A DNA stretch of 41,756 bases. Source: Ignavibacteriota bacterium (lineage in GTDB: Bacteria; Bacteroidota; Ignavibacteria; UBA10030; UBA6906). The first letter of the stretch is position 1. Every line of letters starts with the position of its first letter. The translations under genes and the position numbers were made by a program. Below, piece by piece: positions 33,301-41,756 of the stretch. The stretch spans positions 1 to 41,756 of the forward strand of contig JANNUB010000347.1 of assembly GCA_031394795.1 (NCBI GenBank), in the 5' to 3' direction. The notes beneath the pieces were generated by a model. It searched no databases. It was not told the origin of the DNA and saw only the letters and a list, made by a program, of their open reading frames with translations.

Positions 33301-34176
33301 GATTGGACGCCCGGGGATAGTGAAATAATTGGTGCTACCAGACACTGAGTCTCGTGTAACATCTGAGTACGTAGATGCAGTGCTTACTCTGTGCCAGAGA
33401 CGCGGAGCGCCGGCTCCTGTAGCAAGACCCGATGCATCGCTTATCCCGGCCGCTGCAACCCTATTTCCTGTTGATGGTGTATTGGTGAGAGCGGTATGAG
33501 TTATGTTGGGACGGACAACATCATCTGCTCCAATGGAAATTGTCCACCGGACCAGTTTGCCCGTGTCGAGACCTGCATAATCTGCCACAAAGAGAACCCA
33601 GTTTCCGGCTGGTTGGCTTCCTAAATATCGCGTGAGCGCACTGTCCGGACGCCAATAACCTGTAAAGGGCGCGTTCGTGCTGACCACAGAACCGATTGCG
33701 CGTGAAGCAGTATCGACCAACGAGGTTCCGATAAAATTGTCGCCGCTGCCGCCGCGCAGGTTGATTAGTACACAGCTATCGCCGGCGGGTGATCGCAGCA
33801 CCAAACGCAGGTCGCCGACGAACGTATGAGTCAACGTATCGATGCGAACAGTTATCAGCCCAACTGTGCTTGCCGGAATTGCAATGGTATCGCGAATGCC
33901 AACCGGATTGTTATCAGGAATACTCTTGTTGGGTCGGTTTGTATATTCTACGAGATTAGGATTATCGAACGGCTGATACATCTGCTTCCACGCCTGCTGT
34001 TGTGCAAGTCGTTGCGCCACGATTTCTTCAAACCTCATGCTCTTCGCTCGAGCCGCGTCGCGCGCCTCGATCTCTCTCTTCGATTCTCCGCCTGCCAGTG
34101 CAGTGTGCATCAGCAGACTGATTGTCACCGCAAGTGTGAAGACCAAGGTCTTCAACATTGTACTGTGTTGTTGCAT
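30358..34176 (-). CDS. large T9SS cargo protein: N-terminal proprotein-convertase P-domain-like module, right-handed beta-helix repeats, type-A CTD
   Basis: AAGGAGG lies 4 nt upstream of the ATG. Signal MLKTLVFTLAVTISLLMHTALAG. P-domain-like stretch IPDNNPVGIRDTIAIP..VRIDTLTHTFVGDLRLVLRSPAGDSCVLIN..GNWVLFVADYAGLDTGKLVRWTISI. Periodic Asn-ladder repeats (NNILRNF, NNRIGAP, GNTIRTI, NNIVYDL, NNMVYGL, NNISNV). CTD DQNYPNPFNPST .. SGVYFYRI .. LKKALLLK. Confidence 0.85.
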   Translation of the reverse strand: MQQHSTMLKTLVFTLAVTISLLMHTALAGGESKREIEARDAARAKSMRFEEIVAQRLAQQQAWKQMYQPFDNPNLVEYTNRPNKSIPDNNPVGIRDTIAIPASTVGLITVRIDTLTHTFVGDLRLVLRSPAGDSCVLINLRGGSGDNFIGTSLVDTASRAIGSVVSTNAPFTGYWRPDSALTRYLGSQPAGNWVLFVADYAGLDTGKLVRWTISIGADDVVRPNITHTALTNTPSTGNRVAAAGISDASGLATGAGAPRLWHRVSTASTYSDVTRDSVSGSTNYFTIPGRPIGSIVQYYFGAQDASPQNNIATLPAGGSGINPPGSTAPPTVFSYLVQNPLAGGTYTVGTGGNFPSIDSVGNKLTLDGIAGPVVFNFIDTSYAAQGSLMIGVIEAEQTFGPSGEPIALPSRYRDVAEVASVIPAYTLNGPIVGASATNRITFRPAAGRNVKITGVGVHLIRLLNASWITIDGIGTGGTSLTMENTSPTTGGVMILEGNADNNILRNFTMRSSPGSTSLVMTAVPASLAAPDSNLVENMFFGRGFNGIFMVGAGTATVMGNGNRIMNNRIGAPGDSVQQAGIVVQYGVGTIVSGNTIRTIRRSVAGSVIALTAQTKHLGTRIWNNIVYDLGTRGTTAAVVYGINSGGATGDTTRTRIYNNMVYGLDYTSTATTGTLVGISAGVGIRDTIAYNSVSLTGADPTGIINAGLAITSTSTSIAGLVWRNNISNVTKTTTGAGRSLAFYSANATAGIFSSNYNDLFAATQAGTHVGAITTTNYTTLANWQTGSGGDANSISVAPNFRSPDLHIDSTIATPINGGATPIAGIATDYDGQTRNATTPDIGADEFSPFTTPAATEQFKDHVTSAFRASVTNEGTIGSLNAFVGTGPGSGFQFNPLGTQRLFEGAMLVGLDSVRVSDGARNNANPEAFDADFKFLSAIDSATTGVRTTMTTSFTDSLAETPFGARINQRTISWDTTGLNNFLIFEIDITNTSATPWTTLHAGGFFDWDVNPANAQDRGSVVVDSTNTIPGVNSGNPFAFDMLELHQGASPNSWMGIVPLHENRFRGRRIAISSTEVYPPRMTNGDKWRYMISNRATNPNGDAGANVDQAQVFGVGPYSVAAGATKRGGFAMFGGTSLANAVAAARAAQRAWVQRLGNTINVVLVSVPDPTAGIPLVFALDQNYPNPFNPSTTIRYALPEAAHVNLSIYNVLGQRVAELTNEVQSAGFYDARWNGRNDAGAQVASGVYFYRIEALSVNGGSSFNSLKKALLLK

Positions 34177-34403
34177 AGCCCCTCCTTGTTTATTGGTGAA
34201 AGTGGATTAGTTGATGGGTGTTGTTGGAGACAAAATTTCGACGTCGCTGATCATTTCGATCCAACCGTAAATCGTTCTCTTGTAAAAAATTCGGAAGTAT
34301 AGCTTGGAGTGTAGGATGCCAGATTGGGGAAGCTGGCGAACAACGACCTCCTAAAAAGTAGCAAACCTAATGAAGAGAGTCAAGTAACTTCTTGAATCAA
34401 TCG

Positions 34404-34444
34404 AAATAAAAAACGCCCCCTGACGTTGCCGTCAAGAGGCGTTC
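34404..34444 (-). terminator. rho-independent terminator of the giant gene
   Basis: On the minus strand: AACGCC tct TGACG gcaa CGTCA ggg GGCGTT followed by TTTTTATTT. Confidence 0.75.
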
Positions 34445-34454
34445 TCAATATCTG

Positions 34455-34503
34455 AGCGAAGCGAAGAATCTCTGGACGTCAAGATTCTTCGTCGCTCCGC
34501 TCC
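34455..34503. repeat. imperfect ~18-bp-arm hairpin directly after the giant-gene stop
   Basis: gagcgaagcgaagaatct ctggacgtcaa gattcttcgtcgctccgctc. The arms are complementary apart from small bulges. Confidence 0.6.
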
Positions 34504-34515
34504 TCAGAATTGGGG

Positions 34516-37500
34516 CTACTTAAGCAGAATCAGCTTCTTCAAGCTGTTAAACGTCTCGCCCGAAACGCCGGTTGCCTCAAAGCGATAGAAGTACATTCCG
34601 CTGGCGACCTGCGCTCCTGCACCGTTTCTTCCGTTCCACACGACGCTGTGGAATGCTGCGGGCATATCGCCTTGCGCCAGTGTCACGATTTCCTGACCGA
34701 GTACGTTGAAGACCTTCAATCTCACCATCGCCTGTTCAGGCAACGAAAACTTGATTGTCGTTGTCGGATTGAACGGGTTCGGGAAGTTTTGATCCAAAGC
34801 GTACACCACCGGGACGCCGCCAGTATTGTCCGCAACATCGGTCAGAGTGCGATTGTATCGTACAATCGTGCCAGTATCGCCGACAGCCCATCCGCGGTCA
34901 ACCGATGCGGCTCTGACCATGTGCAGATGCTGCAATACTCTTGTACCAGTGTACGCATTTCTACCCGTGCTTGACCAAGTCGTGCCTTGGTTAGTTGAAT
35001 AGAGCACATTGTTGAGGCTGGTGGCAAAGAACTCCAGCCCCGCAAGATTGTTCACACCCGCAAGACCTGTGACAGCCGTTCCGGCTGCTGCCGTTGCAGC
35101 CCATGCCGCGCCGCCGTTTGTCGAACGTCGCGTCGCGCCATTGGTGAAGTCGCCAGTCATTCCGAGAGTGGCGCTATTGAACCAGAGTCCGGAACTGTTC
35201 ACCAATCCGGTTGTGGCGCCGGAGGACCACGTTGCGCCAAGGTCCGTTGAATAGTACACCTTCGTGCTGCTGGTTCCGAACCACATGTTGCTGCCTTGAA
35301 CCTGGAACGAGTTATTCCAGCCGGCTTCAGATCCGACCTGCGGGAGCGCGGGAGGTATTGGAGTCCACGTCGCACCACCATCTGCCGTTCTGAGAATCGT
35401 CCATGTACCCCCCGGGTTCGGCACCGGATCGCCGAGCGCGTAGCCGACGGTTGCGCTTGTCATCTGGATGCCGTCAATGAAGCCGCCGGCCTGTGTATAG
35501 GCTTGCGTCCACGTTGTGCCGCCGTTTATCGTACGATAAATTGACGTCGAGGGGCCTGGGAATGTCATGACCCACGCGTTGTTTGCATCGCGTGCTTCGA
35601 TTGCATAGATAGGAGCCGTACCGAGAGCGCCGCCGCCAACCGATATCCAGTTCGTACCTCCGTTGGTTGTGCGGAGAACTACCCCGTTCGCGCCTGCTGC
35701 CCAGCCGACGTTTGCGTCAACCGTCTTCACGGAGTAAAGAGGTGCAGTTGTACCGCTGGTTTGTGCAACCCAGCCTGTATCCGACGGCGCGGCGCTCGTG
35801 ATCGTGAACGGCGCGTTGCTCGTATCGAAGATCGCAAGATTGCTCTTCTGCGAGATACGTACGAGGCATTGTGTCGAATTCGGCACCGCCGCTGGGATTG
35901 TCCAATTGAACGTTCCGAATGGGGAATCTACTCCTTCGATCGGTCTGACTGCCGCCTTCGGATGGATAAACGGCAACGGTCGCGCCGGAACACCCGGTGT
36001 AATTAAGTTCCACGACGAACCGCGATTCGTCGTGTACTCGATCTTGACCGTGTCAACGCCCTGATGAGTCCAGGCAATCTGATAGGCGTTACCCTGACGC
36101 CACGTCTCGCCGCCGTTCGGGCTGGTAACGGCGATGGAATTGACGCCGCCGGTCCAGCTGAGCTGCAGTCCCACTCGTCCGATGTCCGGGGAGTTGCCGG
36201 CAATAATGAGTCGTCCGCGATGCGTTCCATTGGGAAGTCCAGCAGATGGGTGAATACGGAGCTGAACATTCTGGCTGTCGGCAGGCGCGATGATGCCCGA
36301 GGTTCTGTCGGTGGAAGCCCACGGCAGAAGATCCTTCGTGATATACACAGCGAGGTTCGGCTTTACATAGCGTCGGTTGAACGACGTTTGCAATGCAATT
36401 GTTCCCGTCGAGTTTTCAATACCGACAGTTGCCGTGCTTTCCGCCGTTGCTTTGCGCAAGTATTGGTAGAGGATATCGCCCGACGGACGCAGAATCATCT
36501 GGAACGTCAGCGTATCAAACTCCGCCGGCACACCCAACGTATAGTGCGGAACGTTGTTCCATTGAATGATGTACCGCCCGTTCGCCGCATCATCGCGATA
36601 GTACACCGTGCCGCTTGTGCGGAGATCAAAGTCATCCCAGTAAGGATAGAGAGCATTGTTCGGAGCGAGAGTGGAGGGAATTGCGCCGTTCGTAAATGCA
36701 CTGGATGTCGTTCCGAAGTTTGCGAAACCGTTCGTCACGAGATTGATGGACGTATAGTTGGTCCCATAGAGCGGGAATGCCCAGGGAAGCGTTGTGGTAA
36801 AATACCCGTCGTCCGCCGATCCTGTCCATGTTGTTACCGCAGTTCCGGTTGTCGAAATATCCACCCAGTTGAATGCGGGACCACCCGGTTCATCCGAATC
36901 AATCCATGAGTAGCCGAATGCATCCGGTCCACCGCGTCCATCGGGCGAAGCGGGTTGTCCCGGCGTGGGGTCGAGTTCACCTTTTCCGACGTTTGCATTT
37001 TGCTGCTGTGTGGTGCTGCGGATGATGGATTCAGTTGACGTCGGCGAAGCCAGTGCTTCATCAATAACGTAACGTAGTGTGTCAGTACCGGTATTGCGCA
37101 CACGGAACGTTGTACGCAATGTGTCCGGTGTTGACCGAGCAAAGAAGAACGTGTCTGGCGCAACAACAATGTTCGCTTGTCCTTGCGCTACGCCGCGCAT
37201 GCGAACAGTCGGCGGTATTGGATCGTTCGAGACGAATGACAGCGTTCCGAGTTTCACACCTGCAGGCGCTGCAGATGCAAAGCGCAAACGCAAACGGAAC
37301 GTGTCGAGCGAGGCAATCGTTCGGCTCGTTGTTGAAGGTGAGAACGCCGGATTGCTGCTCGTGATGTTGGTGATCGTAAGAGACGTACCGCCGATGTTTC
37401 TGAGCAGCACTGTTTTCGATGAGTCAGTAACGCCGAGCGCTACCACACCGAAATCAACCGAATCAGGAACGACAACCAGATCAGGAGTAACGCCCGGAAC

Positions 37501-40500
37501 GACAAACATACGAGCCGGAATTTTCAGCGTGTCGCCCACGGGTGCGTTGATCTCGACAACACCGCGGTAGTTGCCCGGATTGTTGTAGATGCTCGGATCA
37601 GTTGCATCAAACCGCGCGGTCATCTGCACCGAGTCGCCGATCGCAATCGTGCCTGCCGGAGGAACGATGGTGAGCCACGGGGCAACCTGCGGTCCGCTGC
37701 TGCCTTTGATCGAGAACGGATCAATAAGGTGATCCCCAACTCCAAGGGCTCCGATAAGCGTTGTAGCGCCGGTTGCGAGGTTCACGGTGCGCAATTGTCC
37801 ACCCGCCGGTACAAGCGTAGCATTGTATGCCGCCATATACAAGGTTCCGGTCTGTCGTTCAAATGCCATATCCTGTGCCAGGTTCGCATTGAAGCCGATA
37901 GGTCCGATCAACGTGCCAACACCGGTTGCCTTGTTGATGCTGAAGAAGTTGTCGTTCACAATGTCATAGCCATACATCTGGCCGGTACCGCCTTGGATAG
38001 CCATGCCAATGATTGCCGGCATGTTTGTAATCGTTGCAACCCGTGTTGTTGTTCCGCTAGACGGGTTTATCGTGTACAATGAAGAGACGGTGATGTTCGT
38101 GGAAACTGCATACAGCGTCCCGCTCTCCGGATCGAACTTCATCGATGTCCACGTATGGCCGGCATCTATAGTTACGGCTCCGACGACCGTGTACGAGCCG
38201 TTCGTGATGTTGACCTCGATCAGTTGTTGGGTGGCGCCTTTAATTGCAAGGAACCTGAGGCCATCAAGTGTGAAATCACCGGCGAAGATGGCGTCTGCCG
38301 AAACAACTGGGCCGAGCGGAGTAAGAGTTCCGGGCGTCGCAAGGTCGAAACTCGTCCAGTTCAAACTGCGGTAGTCATTGCCATACGCATTCTGCACTAA
38401 CGGTCGCGAAAGTTCATCGGGCAGCTTTGCTGGATGTCCTGCCTGGTCGCCTATGAGTTTGGCTTTGCTGCTACCCGATGGAGCAAATCCAACGGAAGGA
38501 GGTATAGGATCGTTCGGATAATTGATGGGAACTACCTGTGAAACATTCATTGGAACAATAATTGGTTCGCCCGGCTTGTCTCCGGGTGCTGTCCGCGGGA
38601 ACAGAATTGCCCGCGCCTGATAATTCGCACTCAGCGTTCCCGTGTTGCGTACGAAGAAGCGAATCGAGTCGCGAGTATTTGCAGTCATCGCCGGGCGGAC
38701 AAGCGAGTCAACTCGCGCCAAAAGAATCGGCGCACCCACTGCCGTGCCGGTGAGCGTTACGTCTCTGCGCGGCGTGCCTTGCGAGTTGCTGAGGAAGATC
38801 ACGCGCCCGGTGTCCGTCCCTGCCGGAACGACCGGTGTGTACGTTACGATGATATTGACGTTGGCTCCTGGCGCGAGCGTTGCACTCGACTGGTTGAGCG
38901 TGTAGCGGGCGTTGCTCGCGGTGATGGAAGCGACGTTCAGCGTAGTAGCCCCTGCGTTGCGCGCGTTGATTGTATCTCGACGAACATTGCCGATGACAGT
39001 CGGCGGGAAGGTGATCGAAGTCTTGTTCACCACGAGCAGCGCCGAATCGGCGGCGATCACGCGCAAACTTGCCGGGACGGTGAACGGCCTGCTGACATCA
39101 GGATGGGCTGCATCAACGCTGATGTTCGCGTTGTAATTCGTCCCCGGCGTCAATCCCGTCGCGTCGAACGATACCTGGACATTTTGCAATCCGTTCGGCG
39201 GAATTGCTCCTACGCCCGGGCTTTCACTCAACCATGGAGCATCAGGCAGGAAAAATTTTACGGCAAGTGAATCATGCATGTATGCTGCACTGCTTACCAC
39301 CTGCAATGCGACCGTACCGCCGGCATTCTCGATGCCGATCGTTGCGGAGTTCAATGTGCCGACCATCCTGCGGTACTGGAAGAGCATTTCGCCATTGGGC
39401 TTGAAAATCACCTGGTACGTGTAGCGTCCCGGTTCAGTCGTGCCAAAATGAGGCACCGAGTCGTACTGCACAATGAACCGCGCGTTCGCAGCGTCGAAAT
39501 GGTAGTATGCCCCGGCGCCGTTCGTTGCGGAAAAGATCTGGTCGTCCCAGAACGGATAGATTGCGTTGTTGGGCGGGCCCGCGCTTGGAATTGCGCCGTT
39601 TGTGAATTCAGTAGATGTGGTTGTGAAACTCACCCATCCGTTCGTGCAGAACCGAACCTGGTTGTAGCTATTGCCGTAAAACGGGAACGAGAATCCGATT
39701 GGGAATGGCCCCACATTCGTATCGTCGCCGAGACCGGTAATCGCTGTACCGACGCTGCGAATGTCGGTCCAGTTGAAGACCGGCCCGCCGGGTTCATCCG
39801 AATCAATCCAAGAATAACCAAATGCATCAGGTCCGCCGCGTCCGTTCGGTGATGCCGGTTGTCCCGGCGTCGGGTCGAGTTGACCTTTGCCAACCTTGGC
39901 ATGTACTTGTTGTTCCATACTCCTCTTCACAGACGGCAGGCTTGGATCCGGAATACGCCGAACGCGCGCTAACGCGTTATCATCCGTAATGCGGAATTGG
40001 ACGGTGTCCGGCGTTGTGTTTGTCATGACCAATGTTTTTGTGCGCGAGCCACCCACCGCAACCGTGTCGCGCACAGCTGCGGGGTTGAATGTGAGTACAG
40101 CCTGCGTCAACGCGTCGACGTTCGTTGTCGTGCCCGCGCTGATGACGACGCTTGGGAAGTTTCGAGTCAGGTTCGGCGCGGGCGCGTCTACACGAACACT
40201 GTAGGTTCCTGTCGGCAATGGCGCTGTAAGAATACCGGTTGTGCCGTTTGTTGAATCCGAGATAACCGTTGTCCCGCCGAATTTTACTTCGACATACGAA
40301 CGAAGGTTCGTCGTTGCTGTGTGTGAAAAGACGCTCAACGTTCCACCCGGGGCTGGACGCATCGGGAAGTTGAGGAGGTCCAATGTATCGCCGCGCGTAA
40401 TTGTTACAGTTCGAGTGGTGTCAATGTATCCGAACTTCCGTCCACGGATCGTAACGCTGCGCGTTGTTGCCGGAGTATCAACGCGGGCGCCAACTTTGAA

Positions 40501-41756
40501 TCGGCCTGCCGCGTCGCTGATTGCTCCCGCAAACGGAGTCGCGTTGGTAATATCCAAATCCACTCCGCTGATGATGGGGTTACCGGCTGCCGTACTGACG
40601 GTGATGCCCTTTGCCCAACCGTACCCGTCTGTTGTGGGAATACTCTTGTAGTACACATTTGGATCCTTCCGTGGTGCGCCGCCTGCCAAGTCATCGCGGT
40701 TGTCCGACCACACCACATGAAACGCGGTGGTTGTCGCAGAGGCTTGGTTGTAATCACCCATATACACGGTGTTAACAACCGCGTCGCGGCCAAATTCCGG
40801 AAGCGAGGCGACTTCACTGAGCGCAAAACTCGGAGTAAAATTCACCGTGACGCCGGAGATGTTCGCAAGGCGGCCATAGTATTTGAAAAGGTTGTTCGCG
40901 GTCGGGTCTTCCTGACGGCTGTAGTAGAAGATTCCAATTTGTGCGCCGTTTGGAGAAACGGCTATGGTCGGCTGCCACTGGTCAGTGGTTGTTACGTCGT
41001 CATTGACCTTGATCGGTGCGGACCACGTAGTGCCTCCGTCTGTGGACTGTACAATGAACACGTCAGCTTTATCGGCTCCGGGTCCATCGTTGTCGTACGT
41101 GACGTAGAGATTGCCGCTGACCGGGTTGATCGCGACATGCGGAAATTCGTTGCTGCGGAATGCGGATGCTGTCGTCAAGCCTTGGCGTATGCCGGTTAAT
41201 GCGAGGTTGCCGTTTGTACCTCCAACCAAACCGGAGGCCACAACTACCGCTGCCGCGAAAGTCACTCCAAAGTCTGTGGACTTTCGCATTCGCAACGTTG
41301 CGCCGTTATACCAGAACGCATACACCGAGTGATCAGGCCCGACTGCAACAAACGCTCCCTGATTTCCTGAAACGATTTGTGTGCCGCCGCTGGGACCAAA
41401 CGTCGCGCCGTTGTCTGTAGAGCGGTACATGTAGATGCCGTTAGGGGTACCGAAGTCGCGGGTAAGAAGGTAGACATTGCCGTTGCCGGGTCCAGCAAAG
41501 TTATCAACGGCGTGCCATTGCTTGTCCTGAGAGGTGCCGCCGCCGGGCGTTGCATTGACGGGAGCCAACCATGTAAGACCGTTGTCATCGGAACGCCACA
41601 TCTGGATATTGCCCGGGGCAGAGAAGGCAAGCGTCGAAAGATAAATCCTTCCAGTTGTCTCGTCTCGTGCAAGGACCGGGTCACCGGCGTCGCCGGCTGT
41701 ACTTGTTGGCAACGTACCCCCGTCGGTAAACGTGACGCCGCCGTCAGTGGAGCGGG
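34516..41756 (-). CDS. giant multi-domain T9SS cargo protein (at least 2412 codons, N-terminus outside the window): BNR/Asp-box sialidase-like propeller, two copies of a ~250-aa module, Ig-like spacers, second BNR-like (Ycf48-like) propeller, type-A CTD
   Basis: The frame stays open from the TTG at 41712 to the window edge (..RSTDGGVTFTDGGT..). Asp-boxes STDGGVTF, SDDNGLTW, STDNGATF, STDFGVTF, STDGGTTW. C-terminal repeats TTNGGTNW, TINGGTTW, TADGGATW, STDLGATW, STNGGAAW, STNQGTTW. CTD DQNFPNPFNPTT .. SGMYFYRF .. LKKLILLK. Confidence 0.9.
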   Translation of the reverse strand, partial: RSTDGGVTFTDGGTLPTSTAGDAGDPVLARDETTGRIYLSTLAFSAPGNIQMWRSDDNGLTWLAPVNATPGGGTSQDKQWHAVDNFAGPGNGNVYLLTRDFGTPNGIYMYRSTDNGATFGPSGGTQIVSGNQGAFVAVGPDHSVYAFWYNGATLRMRKSTDFGVTFAAAVVVASGLVGGTNGNLALTGIRQGLTTASAFRSNEFPHVAINPVSGNLYVTYDNDGPGADKADVFIVQSTDGGTTWSAPIKVNDDVTTTDQWQPTIAVSPNGAQIGIFYYSRQEDPTANNLFKYYGRLANISGVTVNFTPSFALSEVASLPEFGRDAVVNTVYMGDYNQASATTTAFHVVWSDNRDDLAGGAPRKDPNVYYKSIPTTDGYGWAKGITVSTAAGNPIISGVDLDITNATPFAGAISDAAGRFKVGARVDTPATTRSVTIRGRKFGYIDTTRTVTITRGDTLDLLNFPMRPAPGGTLSVFSHTATTNLRSYVEVKFGGTTVISDSTNGTTGILTAPLPTGTYSVRVDAPAPNLTRNFPSVVISAGTTTNVDALTQAVLTFNPAAVRDTVAVGGSRTKTLVMTNTTPDTVQFRITDDNALARVRRIPDPSLPSVKRSMEQQVHAKVGKGQLDPTPGQPASPNGRGGPDAFGYSWIDSDEPGGPVFNWTDIRSVGTAITGLGDDTNVGPFPIGFSFPFYGNSYNQVRFCTNGWVSFTTTSTEFTNGAIPSAGPPNNAIYPFWDDQIFSATNGAGAYYHFDAANARFIVQYDSVPHFGTTEPGRYTYQVIFKPNGEMLFQYRRMVGTLNSATIGIENAGGTVALQVVSSAAYMHDSLAVKFFLPDAPWLSESPGVGAIPPNGLQNVQVSFDATGLTPGTNYNANISVDAAHPDVSRPFTVPASLRVIAADSALLVVNKTSITFPPTVIGNVRRDTINARNAGATTLNVASITASNARYTLNQSSATLAPGANVNIIVTYTPVVPAGTDTGRVIFLSNSQGTPRRDVTLTGTAVGAPILLARVDSLVRPAMTANTRDSIRFFVRNTGTLSANYQARAILFPRTAPGDKPGEPIIVPMNVSQVVPINYPNDPIPPSVGFAPSGSSKAKLIGDQAGHPAKLPDELSRPLVQNAYGNDYRSLNWTSFDLATPGTLTPLGPVVSADAIFAGDFTLDGLRFLAIKGATQQLIEVNITNGSYTVVGAVTIDAGHTWTSMKFDPESGTLYAVSTNITVSSLYTINPSSGTTTRVATITNMPAIIGMAIQGGTGQMYGYDIVNDNFFSINKATGVGTLIGPIGFNANLAQDMAFERQTGTLYMAAYNATLVPAGGQLRTVNLATGATTLIGALGVGDHLIDPFSIKGSSGPQVAPWLTIVPPAGTIAIGDSVQMTARFDATDPSIYNNPGNYRGVVEINAPVGDTLKIPARMFVVPGVTPDLVVVPDSVDFGVVALGVTDSSKTVLLRNIGGTSLTITNITSSNPAFSPSTTSRTIASLDTFRLRLRFASAAPAGVKLGTLSFVSNDPIPPTVRMRGVAQGQANIVVAPDTFFFARSTPDTLRTTFRVRNTGTDTLRYVIDEALASPTSTESIIRSTTQQQNANVGKGELDPTPGQPASPDGRGGPDAFGYSWIDSDEPGGPAFNWVDISTTGTAVTTWTGSADDGYFTTTLPWAFPLYGTNYTSINLVTNGFANFGTTSSAFTNGAIPSTLAPNNALYPYWDDFDLRTSGTVYYRDDAANGRYIIQWNNVPHYTLGVPAEFDTLTFQMILRPSGDILYQYLRKATAESTATVGIENSTGTIALQTSFNRRYVKPNLAVYITKDLLPWASTDRTSGIIAPADSQNVQLRIHPSAGLPNGTHRGRLIIAGNSPDIGRVGLQLSWTGGVNSIAVTSPNGGETWRQGNAYQIAWTHQGVDTVKIEYTTNRGSSWNLITPGVPARPLPFIHPKAAVRPIEGVDSPFGTFNWTIPAAVPNSTQCLVRISQKSNLAIFDTSNAPFTITSAAPSDTGWVAQTSGTTAPLYSVKTVDANVGWAAGANGVVLRTTNGGTNWISVGGGALGTAPIYAIEARDANNAWVMTFPGPSTSIYRTINGGTTWTQAYTQAGGFIDGIQMTSATVGYALGDPVPNPGGTWTILRTADGGATWTPIPPALPQVGSEAGWNNSFQVQGSNMWFGTSSTKVYYSTDLGATWSSGATTGLVNSSGLWFNSATLGMTGDFTNGATRRSTNGGAAWAATAAAGTAVTGLAGVNNLAGLEFFATSLNNVLYSTNQGTTWSSTGRNAYTGTRVLQHLHMVRAASVDRGWAVGDTGTIVRYNRTLTDVADNTGGVPVVYALDQNFPNPFNPTTTIKFSLPEQAMVRLKVFNVLGQEIVTLAQGDMPAAFHSVVWNGRNGAGAQVASGMYFYRFEATGVSGETFNSLKKLILLK
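36235..36993 (-). repeat. internal duplicated module, copy 2 (NVGKGELDPTPGQPASPDGRGGPDAFGYSWIDSDEPGGPAFNWVDI ... HPSAGL)
   Basis: Offset from copy 1 is 2904 nt (968 codons), measured between the shared string catccgaatc at 36891 and 39795. Confidence 0.85.
39151..39897 (-). repeat. internal duplicated module, copy 1 (KVGKGQLDPTPGQPASPNGRGGPDAFGYSWIDSDEPGGPVFNWTDI ... SFDATGL)
   Basis: Colinear with 36235-36993 at the protein level. The most conserved ~100 nt (39795-39895 vs 36891-36990) are about 80% identical by eye. Confidence 0.85.

Overview
41,756-bp window, roughly mid-50s % G+C by eye. I saw no rRNA, tRNA, CRISPR array, transposase or integrase. Seven genes end in a type-A T9SS C-terminal sorting domain (CTD; ..NYPNPFNPtT .. 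SGVYfYRL .. KKMlLlK), which points to the FCB group. AGGAGG/GGAGG-type Shine-Dalgarno motifs precede many starts, so my guess is a non-Bacteroidia FCB lineage such as Ignavibacteria/Chlorobi-like (inference only). The window has three blocks. (i) 1-13833, all + strand: the tail of a canonical sugar-type C-methyltransferase; two tandem pairs of secreted jelly-roll paralogs; an FG-GAP propeller protein; then a tightly packed trio of Zn-ribbon C-methyltransferase paralog, VanZ+LamG membrane protein and second methyltransferase paralog. (ii) 13847-28071: mostly housekeeping. It holds cystathionine gamma-lyase-family enzyme and cystathionine beta-synthase separated by a decayed four-helix-bundle gene, ldh, larB, a toxin-antitoxin remnant, plsY, an HtrA-like protease, a small OMP and purB. 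A low-GC P-loop ATPase + RHH islet follows purB, then an aldehyde dehydrogenase with L-lysine 6-transaminase, and a lipoprotein. (iii) 28320-41756, all - strand: three large T9SS cargo genes, the last at least 2412 codons and truncated by the window edge. Items most worth follow-up: the methyltransferase-VanZ/LamG-methyltransferase trio embedded in a cargo locus; heptanucleotide-periodic tracts at the same position of several CTDs; a 79-nt near-identical CTD block shared by unrelated genes on opposite strands; twin 49-nt palindromic elements bracketing a terminator between two cargo genes; and the compositionally foreign ATPase-RHH pair overlapping the purB stop. All family assignments come from motif recognition by eye; no database search was run.
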